A stretch of 64,000 nt of DNA from Pseudomonadota bacterium (GTDB lineage: Bacteria; Bdellovibrionota_G; JALEGL01; DATDPG01), in the NCBI GenBank assembly GCA_043809315.1, contig JAZDDX010000038.1, positions 14,159 through 78,158 on the forward strand, written 5' to 3'. Below are positions 54,331-63,820 of this stretch, piece after piece; within the stretch, counting starts at the first letter, position 1, and each line of letters opens with the position of its first letter. The translations under genes and the position numbers were made by a program. The notes below the pieces were generated by a model, which saw only the letters and a program-made list of their open reading frames with translations, was not told the DNA's origin and did no database searches.

Positions 54331-55013
54331 TACGACCTCCGGCCCTGCTCCGTTCCCGCGACCCGTTTCAGGGTGGCGGTGCGCGATTCACGATTCGAGG
54401 CCGACACGACGTTCATGACCTGGTTCGCCCCGAACTGGATCGAGTCGAGGATCAGGTTCTGCCGGTTGACCAGCATGTAGTAGGCAACCAGGCAGGGGAT
54501 GGCGACCACAAGACCGAAGAAGGTGGTGAACATCGCGACCGCGATTCCTTTCGCCAGGATCTCTTGTTTCAAAGCCGCATCCGCCGCGGTGACGCCGCGG
54601 AATGCCATGATCAAACCCTGGATCGTCCCCAGAAGCCCCAAGAGAGTCGAGACGTTGGCTAGCATCGAGAGGGCCCCGGTCCGTTTCTGGATCACCGGAG
54701 CCGCTTCGAGGTAGGCCCCCTCCATGGCGCCTTGGATCTCTTTGTCGCCGCGGTTCCCCTTCAGGAGGCCCGCGCTCAAAACTTTCGCCAGCGGGTGGTA
54801 GAGGTACTGGTTGCAGTAGTCGAGAGCGCGCTGCACATGCCCCCCCTCCACCGCGTGCGCGATCTTGGAGACGAACTCCTTGGAATTCAGGCGGAGTTTG
54901 AAGAAGAGGAAGAACGCCCGCTCCACGGTGATCGCCAGGCCGATGATCGAGCAAAGGAGGATTGGGTACATGAAGAAGCCACCCTGGTTCAAAATCTGAA
55001 AGTACTTGGACAT
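54330..55013 (-). CDS. MotA/TolQ/ExbB proton-channel protein
   Basis: 3-TM MotA_ExbB core (LGTIQGLIMAF...LSMLANVSTLLGLLGTI). ATG at 55013. Confidence 0.85.
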   Translation of the reverse strand: MSKYFQILNQGGFFMYPILLCSIIGLAITVERAFFLFFKLRLNSKEFVSKIAHAVEGGHVQRALDYCNQYLYHPLAKVLSAGLLKGNRGDKEIQGAMEGAYLEAAPVIQKRTGALSMLANVSTLLGLLGTIQGLIMAFRGVTAADAALKQEILAKGIAVAMFTTFFGLVVAIPCLVAYYMLVNRQNLILDSIQFGANQVMNVVSASNRESRTATLKRVAGTEQGRRS

Positions 55014-55127
55014 GCCGCTCTCCTTGGAAAAGGTGTATTCGGGGCTAGTTGTGCAACGACGGTGCCAGGACAAAAGGTCAGCAATACCCATACTTAGAAA
55101 CGGGTCCCGCCTGCCGAGAATCGATCC

Positions 55128-55171
55128 GGTTCGAACCTTTTTGCGTAGCGGTTCGAACCTTTTTGCGTAGC
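55128..55171. repeat. Two tandem 22-bp units GGTTCGAACCTTTTTGCGTAGC, each containing the perfect 10-bp palindrome GGTTCGAACC
   Basis: Exact tandem duplication in the 115-bp leader upstream of tolQ. A further half-site CCGGTTCGAACC immediately precedes unit 1. Confidence 0.6.
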
Positions 55172-55174
55172 GGA

Positions 55175-55678
55175 TTAGAGGTTCGTCGGGTCGCCGACTT
55201 CGAGCGGTGCGCTGAAATCACCGAGCAGCGTGTCCCCGGTGGCGAAGATGATCTGAAACTGGCCTGCCATCACATTCCCCGGGGTCAGCGTGAAGGTGTG
55301 GAAGACGATCGATCCGGTCTGGATCGCCGGGAACGGGCGCCGATCCTCCTGCGATCCGCCCGAAGAATCCTTTACGATCCCGAAGCGCCGGATCGTTCCG
55401 TGCTGGACCAGATCAATCGGAACCTCCTGTGCGATCGACACACCGGAGTTGTCGACGAAGAGGTTCACGGCCTGCTGTTCTTCGGTCGATCCGGAGATCG
55501 GCGTGACGTAGAGAATCTGAATCCCGCGATCGAGGTAAACGAGAACCTTCGTCTTCTGAAAGGAGAGCGGAAAAATCAGACCGATGCTTCCATCGAGGGC
55601 ATTCCCGTTGGAAGCGCAGCCGCCGAATGCGAAGAGCCCCGCGAGGATCAGGGCTGCACATCGGGCGGCCACGCGGAC
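55175..55678 (-). CDS. Hypothetical lipoprotein (start uncertain; possible GTG)
   Basis: AARCAALILAGLFAFGGCASNGN lipobox-like segment. The ORF-track start lies inside the upstream gene. Confidence 0.4.
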   Translation of the reverse strand, partial: VRVAARCAALILAGLFAFGGCASNGNALDGSIGLIFPLSFQKTKVLVYLDRGIQILYVTPISGSTEEQQAVNLFVDNSGVSIAQEVPIDLVQHGTIRRFGIVKDSSGGSQEDRRPFPAIQTGSIVFHTFTLTPGNVMAGQFQIIFATGDTLLGDFSAPLEVGDPTNL

Positions 55679-56853
55679 CCCGTGAAAACCGAGTACATCA
55701 AATCCGCCTGGGCGCCGTCGGAATAGGTCGTCACCGGTTTCCCGTCGGACCCGAATGCGATCGACGGAAACTGGCCGATGCGCGATCCGCGGACGATCGA
55801 CTTCGCAATCCATGTGTCCCCTTTCTTCCATGCGATCTTTAAGCCCTCTCCCTGGCCGTAGTCGGTGCCGTCATAATACACGATCGCGGCGTGACCATCC
55901 TTGTCGAAAGCGAGAGCAGAGTACGTTCCGATGTCGCCGAGCCGGTCGACCAGCTCCGCGGCCGACCAGGTCAACCCCCCGTCGGTCGATTCGGTGTAGT
56001 AGAGATCTTTTGCGGCCGGCTCCTGGTACGTCATCGCGACGAGGCCCGTGGAGCTCACCGCCAGGGCCGGGATCGAATCTCCACCGCGCGCCGTCGCGAC
56101 GGGAATGATCTTCCACGACGCGGTGTTTTCCAGAACGCCGCCCAGAAACTTGGCCACCTTGATCGCCGCTTGCGTCCGGTTGTAGAACGCGACGATCGGG
56201 CTCCCCCCGACCATGGCGACCTTCGTGTAGAAGCCGCTGTTCGAGTTGTAATCCCCGGGCTCGACGAGACCGGTCGTAAAGGTCGTCCCGTTGTCAGAGT
56301 AAGCGATGCGGAGCTCACGGCGGATCTCGGAGGTCGTGTCGTTGCAGAGGGGACGATCGTCGTAACAGCGCTGGAAGGAGATCAGGATCCGGCCGGCGGG
56401 GGAGATCGCAAGCGACGGCCAGTCCCCGGTCACGCCCAACGATTCGACGGTGGCGGCGATCCCGTTCTCGAAATACCGGAGATCCGACCCGTCGAAGAAC
56501 GAGACCACCGGTTTGCCACTCCGCAAACCAAGTCCTGTAGAGCCCAAGCGGTTGGATGTCCCGACGACACTGTCGGTCCAGGCGCCCGTCGGTCCGCTGG
56601 AAAGATGAACTTGATACGGATCCGAGATCTCCATGTGCGTGACGATGGGGATCCCCGTGGAATCGAGGAGGAGGTTGGTCCATTCCCCGACCAGGCCTTC
56701 GGTCCGCGCTCGTTCGGTGGTCCAGAAAAAATTGTCGACCCCCGATCCACCACCCTCCCGGGCCGCCAAAATCTCTTTGGAATCGTTGCCTCCGCTGTTG
56801 GCACACGCGGCGAAGATCAGTACACTAACCCCTGTCCAAAAAACGCTACGCAT
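55648..56853 (-). CDS. Lipoprotein with BNR/Asp-box repeats (beta-propeller)
   Basis: Lipobox VSVLIFAACANSG. Asp-box motifs YSDNGTTFT and YYTESTDGGLTWS. Confidence 0.6.
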   Translation of the reverse strand: MRSVFWTGVSVLIFAACANSGGNDSKEILAAREGGGSGVDNFFWTTERARTEGLVGEWTNLLLDSTGIPIVTHMEISDPYQVHLSSGPTGAWTDSVVGTSNRLGSTGLGLRSGKPVVSFFDGSDLRYFENGIAATVESLGVTGDWPSLAISPAGRILISFQRCYDDRPLCNDTTSEIRRELRIAYSDNGTTFTTGLVEPGDYNSNSGFYTKVAMVGGSPIVAFYNRTQAAIKVAKFLGGVLENTASWKIIPVATARGGDSIPALAVSSTGLVAMTYQEPAAKDLYYTESTDGGLTWSAAELVDRLGDIGTYSALAFDKDGHAAIVYYDGTDYGQGEGLKIAWKKGDTWIAKSIVRGSRIGQFPSIAFGSDGKPVTTYSDGAQADLMYSVFTGSAWPPDVQP

Positions 56854-56871
56854 ATTCGCCCGGAGGAACCA

Positions 56872-57495
56872 ATGCAATCGGCGTGCCACCTGAAAAGAAT
56901 CACTACCTTAGTGATTGCGCTCTCCCTTCTGGGAGCGACCTCGGCTTTTTCGCAGGAGATCGACGAGTCGGCATTCGCCCTTCAGGCGCGCAAGTATCAC
57001 CTCAAGCACGAGTTTTACGTCGCGCCGGGGTTGCTTCCGCTCGATGCGTTCAAGAAATCGGTGATCGCGAACGTTTCGTACACCTATCATATTAATGATG
57101 GCTGGGGGGTGGAGATGGCCCAGGCGGCGTACGCCTACAACGTCGACACCGGGCTCAAGAAGAACCTGGAGCGCCTGTTCGGGGCGACCACCGCCGCCGA
57201 GAATCCGCTCAAGTACTTCGCTTCGGCGAATGTCGTGATCAAGCCGATCTACGGGAAGATGATCTTCTTCAACCGCACGATCCTGCACGGCGAGACGTTT
57301 TTCGTGGCCGGCGGCGGCCCGTTCAAGTTCCGGGACGGGTTCAAGGCGACCGCCGACGTCGGAATCGGCTTCCGGATCTTCCTGAACGACTGGGCTTCCC
57401 TTCGGTTCGATGCCCGGGATTACGTCACCGTGAAGGGGTTCAAGAACATCCTCATACTGGCGTTGGGCATGAGCTTCAATCTCGGAGGGGGATAA
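56872..57495 (+). CDS. Small putative outer-membrane beta-barrel protein
   Basis: Strong RBS GGAGGAACCAATG, signal peptide ITTLVIALSLLGATSAFSQE and alternating aromatic/aliphatic beta-strands. Confidence 0.5.
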   Translation: MQSACHLKRITTLVIALSLLGATSAFSQEIDESAFALQARKYHLKHEFYVAPGLLPLDAFKKSVIANVSYTYHINDGWGVEMAQAAYAYNVDTGLKKNLERLFGATTAAENPLKYFASANVVIKPIYGKMIFFNRTILHGETFFVAGGGPFKFRDGFKATADVGIGFRIFLNDWASLRFDARDYVTVKGFKNILILALGMSFNLGGG

Positions 57496-57496
57496 G

Positions 57497-58957
57497 ATCG
57501 TCGGCCCACGAACATCGGGGCGTTTCCTGCTCCTCGCGACTCTCTTCGCGATTTCCGGCTGCGCCGGACACGAACCCCCCGCGACGGCGTCGGCAAAAGG
57601 GGGAGCGGTCAGTTTCGGACCGGTCCGGAGCGCGCTGGAGAGTGACGATTTCGAGGATGCCGCTTTCTACGCCTGGAGTTACATCAAGGGCCACTCCTCT
57701 GCGGGGGAGGACTACCAGGGGGCCGAGTTCGCGCTCGCGCGATCCCTGGACCGCCTGAAACTCCATCACGCGGGGATCGAACACTATCTGGAGGTACTCG
57801 GGCACGGCGGCGCCAGCGAGTTGATCGTGGAAAGTCTCTCCTCGGCCCTGGAGACGATCGAGAAGCGACCGTACGACGAGTATTTGGTGGAGACACAGTT
57901 GATCGCAGGTTCGGATTTCGATTTTCTCCCCGATCGCGAGGCCAATCAGATCCGCTTCGTCCGGGGGAAGAGCGACTTCGGTCACGGGGATACCGACTGG
58001 GCCCGCCGGTCGTTCGACCAGATCGAACCGAAGAGCGATGCCTGGTTCAAGGTTCGCTATGCGATGGCGGTGCAGGAGCTGAAAGAGGGGCGGCCGGATC
58101 AGACCGTGACGTCGTTCGAGGAGGTCTCGGGGGGGGCCCCGAAGGGGAGCGAAATCCGGAACCGTGCGCTGCAGTCCTGGGCCCGGATGCTCTACGAGCA
58201 GAAGAAATACAAGGAGGCCCTGGAGATCTACGACCGGATCGATAAGTCGGTCCTCCTCTGGGACGACATCTTCCTCGAAAAGGCGTGGAACGCGTTTCAA
58301 CTCGGGATGTACGAGCGGGCTCTGGGCCACCTTCACGCGCTGCACGCTCCGATCTTCGCGCGGGCGTTCCAGCCCGAACGGTACCTGCTCCTCGGGATGA
58401 TCCTGCGTCAGCTCTGCCGGTACGAGGACGTGCGAGGGGCGATCGCCGCGTTCCGCGACAAGTACGGGGCTGCGATCACTCACATCCAGAAGGGACTTCC
58501 GCTCGAAAAATTCCCGATGATCGCGCAGGCGGCCCGGACCCGGAAAGTCCTCAAGAACCGAGGGGATTTCCTGGAGAGCCTCAAGACCGAGCGCGCACGT
58601 CTCACAAAGGATGCCCCCCGCCGCTGGAAATCGAACGGGCTCTTCGATCACTTGAGTTCACTGTACGACCTGAAGCTGCACGAGATCGAGACCTCGATCC
58701 AGTCGTATCAGACCAAAGCGCTGGAGGAGGTGGCCGCCGAACTCCTCTACTACAGCGAACAGATGAACTTGATGGAGTACGAGGTCCGGATGGACGAATT
58801 CCGGCGCAGCCGCTTCTACGAAGCCAAAGCCTCGGAAACCACCCCGTCCGCCGGCGGGCTGACCGCCAAGGTGATCCATTGGCAGTACAAGGGGGAGTTC
58901 TGGATCGACGAACTGAACCGATTCGCCGTGAAGGTGGAGAGCCAATGCAACCAGTGA
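57497..58957 (+). CDS. TPR-containing lipoprotein; in-frame signal peptide upstream of the first canonical start (start codon uncertain)
   Basis: The frame is open from 57473 and encodes RTSGRFLLLATLFAISGCAG (lipobox) with no ATG/GTG/TTG before the TTG at 57821. Downstream TPR-like helices follow. Confidence 0.5.
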   Translation: MVGPRTSGRFLLLATLFAISGCAGHEPPATASAKGGAVSFGPVRSALESDDFEDAAFYAWSYIKGHSSAGEDYQGAEFALARSLDRLKLHHAGIEHYLEVLGHGGASELIVESLSSALETIEKRPYDEYLVETQLIAGSDFDFLPDREANQIRFVRGKSDFGHGDTDWARRSFDQIEPKSDAWFKVRYAMAVQELKEGRPDQTVTSFEEVSGGAPKGSEIRNRALQSWARMLYEQKKYKEALEIYDRIDKSVLLWDDIFLEKAWNAFQLGMYERALGHLHALHAPIFARAFQPERYLLLGMILRQLCRYEDVRGAIAAFRDKYGAAITHIQKGLPLEKFPMIAQAARTRKVLKNRGDFLESLKTERARLTKDAPRRWKSNGLFDHLSSLYDLKLHEIETSIQSYQTKALEEVAAELLYYSEQMNLMEYEVRMDEFRRSRFYEAKASETTPSAGGLTAKVIHWQYKGEFWIDELNRFAVKVESQCNQ

Positions 58958-61900
58958 ACTCCCGCCATCCGGCTCTCTATCTGCTTCTTTTCGCGGCCCT
59001 TACGTTCACCGTCGGGTTCACCTTCCCGAAGAAGAAGGGCCCGGGAGAATTCGTCGCGGAATTGAAGGAGAACATTCGGAAGACCGACGGCGCGATCGCG
59101 GTCGTCGACGACGAGATCCGCAAATCGATCAAGAAGTCGATCGTCCCGGGTTTGATGCTCCGCCTGGCGGAACTCCGCGTGGAAAAGGCGAGGTACCTCT
59201 ACTTCCTGGCACGCGAACAGAATCCCGGCTCGGTCAAGAAAGTCTCCGACGTGGCCGCCGCGGTCACGGAAAAGGAGAAGGCGATCGAGGTCTACCGGAA
59301 GATCCTGCAGAACTACCCGCAGGACCTCAACAGCGACAAGGTCACCTTCTTCATCGCGCAGGAATACGGGCAGCTCGGCCAGGAGACGGAAGAACTCCGC
59401 TACTACCAGAACCTGATCCGCCACTACCCGGGGACCGAGTTCCGGAACGACGTCCTCCTGATCCTCGGAGATAAGGAGTTCGACGCGCGGCGGATCAACG
59501 AAGCGGCCAAGTACTACGCGAAAGTGCTCGAGGGGGAGGAGACCCCGATGCACAACATGGCGCGCTACAAGCTGGCCTGGGTCCGGATCAACCAGCAGAA
59601 CTGCGGCGAGGCGTTGGCGCTGTTCGAGGCGGTCGCCAAGAGCCGGAAGAGCACCGAGCGACGACCCGGAGAGGTCGGGAAGAAGCAAGGGGGACTCCAG
59701 CGGGAGTCTCTCGTCGACAGCGTGATCTGTTTCACCAAGGTGAGGAAGCCGGAGGACTCCGTCACCTACTACCGGAACCTCGCCACCAGCAATAAAGACC
59801 TGGTTGCGGTGTTGGACAAGCTGGCGAACCGTTATTACATCCAGAAACAGGTCAAGGAAGCGGTCCCGATCTATCGAGAGTTGGCCCGCCGGACCTCCGA
59901 CGTGGAGCTCGAGAACGAATACCTTCTCCGTCTCTTCGGGAATCTCCGCCTCATCGATTACGCCGGGCCGATCGATCAGGACGCCGTTCTCCTGATCGAC
60001 CATCTGACCCGCTACTTGAATTCGTGGAGGATCCCGAAAAAGGAACGGCAACAAGCCGCGCTCCAGTTCGAACTCTACCTCCGGGATGCCGCCACCCGTC
60101 TCCAGATGATGGGAAAACAACGGAACGACGTGGCCCTTCTTCGCAGGGCGGCCGCCACCTACGAACAGTACTTGAATCTTTTCAAGAGCGCCCCGAAAGC
60201 GCCGCAGATGATCCTGGATCGCGCCGAATCGCTGTACGCGACCGGCGACTATCTCGGGGCGGCGAAGGGGTATCTCGAGCTGGCGGAACGGGGGAAGAGC
60301 GGTACCGAGGTGAGCGATTGGACCCACTCCGCCGTCGCCGCCTACTTCGAAGCGCTCAAGAAACCGGACTCTCTGTCGAAGGTGGAATTGATCCAGGCAC
60401 GGCATGGTTTCTTGCGGAGCGCGGACCTGTTCCTGACGCGTTTTCCGACCTCGTCGCAGGCCCCCGACATTCAGTTCACGATCGGGCGGATTCATTACGA
60501 CGAGAACAACTGGGATCTCGCCATCGAGCATCTCTCCCGCTTCGTCTTCCGGTATCCGACGGACAAGAACGCCGTCACGGGGGGCCGCCTCCTTCTGGAT
60601 GCGTACAACATGAAGGACAATCTGCAGGGGATGGTGGGGGCCGGGAAACAGATCCTCGCCCAGGGGGCGATCCGCGATCCCCGTTTCCTCTCCGATGTCC
60701 GGGACGTCGTTTCGAGAGCCGAGTTCAAGAAGGTGGAGGAGTCGTTGGACCGTCCGGGCGGGGCTTCGTCCGATACGAGCGTCGCCTTCTTCAAGATCTC
60801 GGAGGAGTACAAAGGGACGGAGGTCGGGGAGAAAGCGCTCTACAACGCGTTCGTGACGGCGAAACAGATGGCGCGGCCGATCCTGATGGCGCGCTCCGCC
60901 GAACAGCTGCACAAACAGTATCCAAGTTCCAAGTTCCTTGAGGAGGTGTTGCCGATCCTCGCCCAATCGATGGTGGAGGCCGGGCAGTTCGAACTCGGCG
61001 CCCAGCGATTCGAGGAGTTCCAGGCGAAGTATCCGCGCTCGCCGGCCGGAGGGAACGCGCTCCTGACCGCGGGGCGCATCCGGGGGGCCCTGCGACAGTA
61101 CGGGTTGGCCGCGCGGGATTTCACGGCGGCGTTGCAGTCGCCGCAGGTCGACCGTTCCGAGGTGTTACGGTCCTGGGCGGGGATCGCCAACGACTCGGAG
61201 AGTTGGCGGGAACTCGAGGCGACGGCGGGGCGGTTACGGGCCGCCGATCCGTCCGATCCCAAGGGACTGGTCTGGCTCGTCAAGGCGCAGATCAAGGGGG
61301 GAAAGACGGCGGAGGCGCTCCGGACGATCCCACAGGCCCGAACGTACGTCCAAAGGATCGCGGATCCCGCGGAGCGCACGACTCTCTCGGCGGAGCTGGC
61401 GTATTGGGAGGCGGAGGTCACGTACCAGAAGTTCGAGCGGGTTCAGGTCGTCAAAGGGCACCGCGAGGACTCGGTTGTGGAACAGAAAGCGAAGCTTCTC
61501 GAGGCGGTGGAAACGAAATACACGAATGTCGCCGGGGCCGGTAGCGGGACTTGGGCGATTGCGGCGATGTACCAGGTGGCGAAAGCATACTCCGAATTCG
61601 CCCGGTTCCTGGGAACGACCTCGGTCCCGAAGGGGCTCGCCCCTTCGCAAGCGGCGCAGTACCGGGCTTTGATCCGGGGGAAGGTCGACGAGGTCGATCG
61701 CAACGCCAAGACGCTGTACGCCGCCTGCAGCCAGAAGGCGCATGAGTTCAAACTGTATACGGAGGAAGCGTTGGGGTGCGCGATGGGACGGAGGATTTCG
61801 AAGCCGGCGATCCCGGCCGCGCGGAACTTCGGAGGAGCCGATCTGGCGAGACTCCGCGCCCTGGTGAGCCGGCTGATGGACAACCCGCGGGACATCGACG

Positions 61901-62238
61901 CCTTGAACAACCTGGCCCGCCTCAATTTGGACACGGGGAACATCCCCCCCGCCCTCTTGATCTTGGCCCGAGCCAGCGAAATCGACAATTCCCGCGCCGA
62001 TACGAAGAACCTGATGGGGGTCGCGTTCGAGCGGCTCGGAAAATACCAGGACGCGTACGTCGGTTACTCCACGGCCGTGGAGCGGGATCCGAGACTCAAG
62101 AGCGCCCGGGCCAATCTCGCGGCTTTCTGTGTCCGTCATCAGGACCGGGTGTGCGCCCAGAACGCGATCTCGGGCGTCTCGCGCGATGACTTGAAGAGGA
62201 TTCCGCGCTCCGACCTGGCCCCCGACGCCCGTCCGTAG
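58945..62238 (+). CDS. Large (about 1097 aa) TPR-repeat protein with N-terminal membrane anchor/signal
   Basis: ATG at 58945 with ALYLLLFAALTF. It has more than 15 TPR-like repeats throughout (AKYYAKVLEGEE..., AIEHLSRFVFRYP..., ALRTIPQARTY...). Confidence 0.7.
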   Translation: MQPVNSRHPALYLLLFAALTFTVGFTFPKKKGPGEFVAELKENIRKTDGAIAVVDDEIRKSIKKSIVPGLMLRLAELRVEKARYLYFLAREQNPGSVKKVSDVAAAVTEKEKAIEVYRKILQNYPQDLNSDKVTFFIAQEYGQLGQETEELRYYQNLIRHYPGTEFRNDVLLILGDKEFDARRINEAAKYYAKVLEGEETPMHNMARYKLAWVRINQQNCGEALALFEAVAKSRKSTERRPGEVGKKQGGLQRESLVDSVICFTKVRKPEDSVTYYRNLATSNKDLVAVLDKLANRYYIQKQVKEAVPIYRELARRTSDVELENEYLLRLFGNLRLIDYAGPIDQDAVLLIDHLTRYLNSWRIPKKERQQAALQFELYLRDAATRLQMMGKQRNDVALLRRAAATYEQYLNLFKSAPKAPQMILDRAESLYATGDYLGAAKGYLELAERGKSGTEVSDWTHSAVAAYFEALKKPDSLSKVELIQARHGFLRSADLFLTRFPTSSQAPDIQFTIGRIHYDENNWDLAIEHLSRFVFRYPTDKNAVTGGRLLLDAYNMKDNLQGMVGAGKQILAQGAIRDPRFLSDVRDVVSRAEFKKVEESLDRPGGASSDTSVAFFKISEEYKGTEVGEKALYNAFVTAKQMARPILMARSAEQLHKQYPSSKFLEEVLPILAQSMVEAGQFELGAQRFEEFQAKYPRSPAGGNALLTAGRIRGALRQYGLAARDFTAALQSPQVDRSEVLRSWAGIANDSESWRELEATAGRLRAADPSDPKGLVWLVKAQIKGGKTAEALRTIPQARTYVQRIADPAERTTLSAELAYWEAEVTYQKFERVQVVKGHREDSVVEQKAKLLEAVETKYTNVAGAGSGTWAIAAMYQVAKAYSEFARFLGTTSVPKGLAPSQAAQYRALIRGKVDEVDRNAKTLYAACSQKAHEFKLYTEEALGCAMGRRISKPAIPAARNFGGADLARLRALVSRLMDNPRDIDALNNLARLNLDTGNIPPALLILARASEIDNSRADTKNLMGVAFERLGKYQDAYVGYSTAVERDPRLKSARANLAAFCVRHQDRVCAQNAISGVSRDDLKRIPRSDLAPDARP

Positions 62239-62340
62239 GCAAGAATCGTTCGAGATGTTTGGCCTTGCCATCCTATGGGCGCATCGCCATATTTTCGGCA
62301 TGCACTCAAAGGGACTTTCGCCCTTGTTGGGGATTCTTTC

Positions 62341-63750
62341 ATGCGCCGGCAGTTTCTTTTAGCGACCGTCTTCTGTAGCGCGGCTTTGGCGATCGTTCTT
62401 GCATCGTACGATGCCGCTTTTTATTTCAGAACTTTTTCGCAGTTTTTTGCATCGGGGCTGACGTTCTTCAAGGAGTATCTGTTCCTGCTTTGGGGGACAC
62501 TTCTGTTTACTCTTCTCGCGAGTCCTCTGCGGATAAAGCCCAAGAAAGGCATCTGGGTCTGGGGCTCGATCCTGCTTGCACAAGGGTTGGTCCTCGTGGC
62601 GCAGATTTACTACTCCGAACAAACCCGGACGCAGTTCGGCACCTCAACGACCCTCGTCTCGGGAATCTCCTTTTCTCAGAATAGGCTAACGCATCTGCAT
62701 GTCGGCAAGGCAATGCTGACCTTTCTGTTTCGGACAATCGGCATTTCGATCGGATCCCCTCCCCTGGATACCGGGGCTCCGTTCCAGGCCATATTACCTC
62801 CCCCTCTGGTCGGGTTGATGTTGGTTTTCAGCATCGTGAGCCTGGTGCTGATCGTCGTAGCAATTCTCGGAAAGAAGGAGGTTTGGTCCGGGCGACAATA
62901 CTGGTGGTGTTGGATCGGCCTCGTTGTGAGCTCGTTCGCCGTCCTGCGGAGCATGATCGATGGGGGACCGTTCTCATCGGAATTCCTGGTTTACCTCCCG
63001 CTGTTCCTTCTCCTGCTGTTGGGTGTCCCGGACTCGCCGCTCTCCTTGGTACGGAAGCTTGTCCCCTGGTGGGTCGCGGGGTTCATTCTCCTTGTGGGCG
63101 TAACTCATCTGTCGGGAGGTCGGATCGGTCACGGACTGTTCCTCCGCCATGTATTCTTCATCGTCTTCTGTCCCACGCTTCTCCTTCTGACCGATTTCCT
63201 GACATCCGGACGGTTCGTTCGCAGACAATTGAATCTATTGTGGTTGATTCCGATTCTAATCGTCATGAACACGGGTCGTTTCTGGGGTAAGTCACTGTGT
63301 TACTTTCACACGAACCTGCCGGCGGGAACTCTGGTCCGCATTGCCATCTGGAACCGAATGATTCCACTCCATGCCCTGGCAACGGAAGGTCCACTCACGA
63401 TCTACGAAATTCGGCTATCCACAGCCACGACCATCGGGACGATTCACAAAATGTACGGCATTCCGCCTGGGTATGAGGTCGTCGCGGCGGAAGGAAGGAA
63501 TTGTGAAACGAGCGCTTTCGGAAGAAACAAGGGAAGGATCACGATTCTGGCCGCCCGCCCGGAGTCGACGCCACCTCTCCCGCCGGTCTTCCGATCCTTC
63601 ACACTGGAGCCTTGTCGGGCGGATGAAAGGTGCAATCGCCACTTCGAAACCGTGATCAACGGCTGCATGCCCGGTGGTTCTTACCAACTCTCCATCGCTC
63701 GGCTGATTTCGATGGGATTCGAATCATTTGTGGTTTCCAGCGACAGGTGA
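62341..63750 (+). CDS. Hypothetical polytopic membrane protein with soluble C-terminal domain
   Basis: ATG at 62341 (MRRQFLLATVF). About 10 TM segments. No recognisable motif. Confidence 0.5.
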   Translation: MRRQFLLATVFCSAALAIVLASYDAAFYFRTFSQFFASGLTFFKEYLFLLWGTLLFTLLASPLRIKPKKGIWVWGSILLAQGLVLVAQIYYSEQTRTQFGTSTTLVSGISFSQNRLTHLHVGKAMLTFLFRTIGISIGSPPLDTGAPFQAILPPPLVGLMLVFSIVSLVLIVVAILGKKEVWSGRQYWWCWIGLVVSSFAVLRSMIDGGPFSSEFLVYLPLFLLLLLGVPDSPLSLVRKLVPWWVAGFILLVGVTHLSGGRIGHGLFLRHVFFIVFCPTLLLLTDFLTSGRFVRRQLNLLWLIPILIVMNTGRFWGKSLCYFHTNLPAGTLVRIAIWNRMIPLHALATEGPLTIYEIRLSTATTIGTIHKMYGIPPGYEVVAAEGRNCETSAFGRNKGRITILAARPESTPPLPPVFRSFTLEPCRADERCNRHFETVINGCMPGGSYQLSIARLISMGFESFVVSSDR

Positions 63751-63820
63751 GCATGAGAGCCCCCCCTGCGGATCGACGAATCTCAACACCTCGGAACGTC
63801 TCCATGAGCAAACTCCGATG

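Noticed and set aside
55891-57495. 534-aa plus-strand ORF
   Set aside because: Only the last ~208 codons (from the ATG at 56872 with a GGAGG RBS and a signal peptide) form a plausible gene. The upstream 980 nt are antisense to the BNR lipoprotein gene.
57476-58651. 391-aa minus-strand ORF
   Set aside because: It is fully antisense to the TPR lipoprotein gene. It has Arg/Pro/Gly-rich composition typical of GC-driven shadow ORFs, and no motifs or signal.
58816-60966. 716-aa minus-strand ORF
   Set aside because: It is antisense to the 1097-aa TPR gene. Its low-complexity RG-rich translation makes it a shadow ORF.
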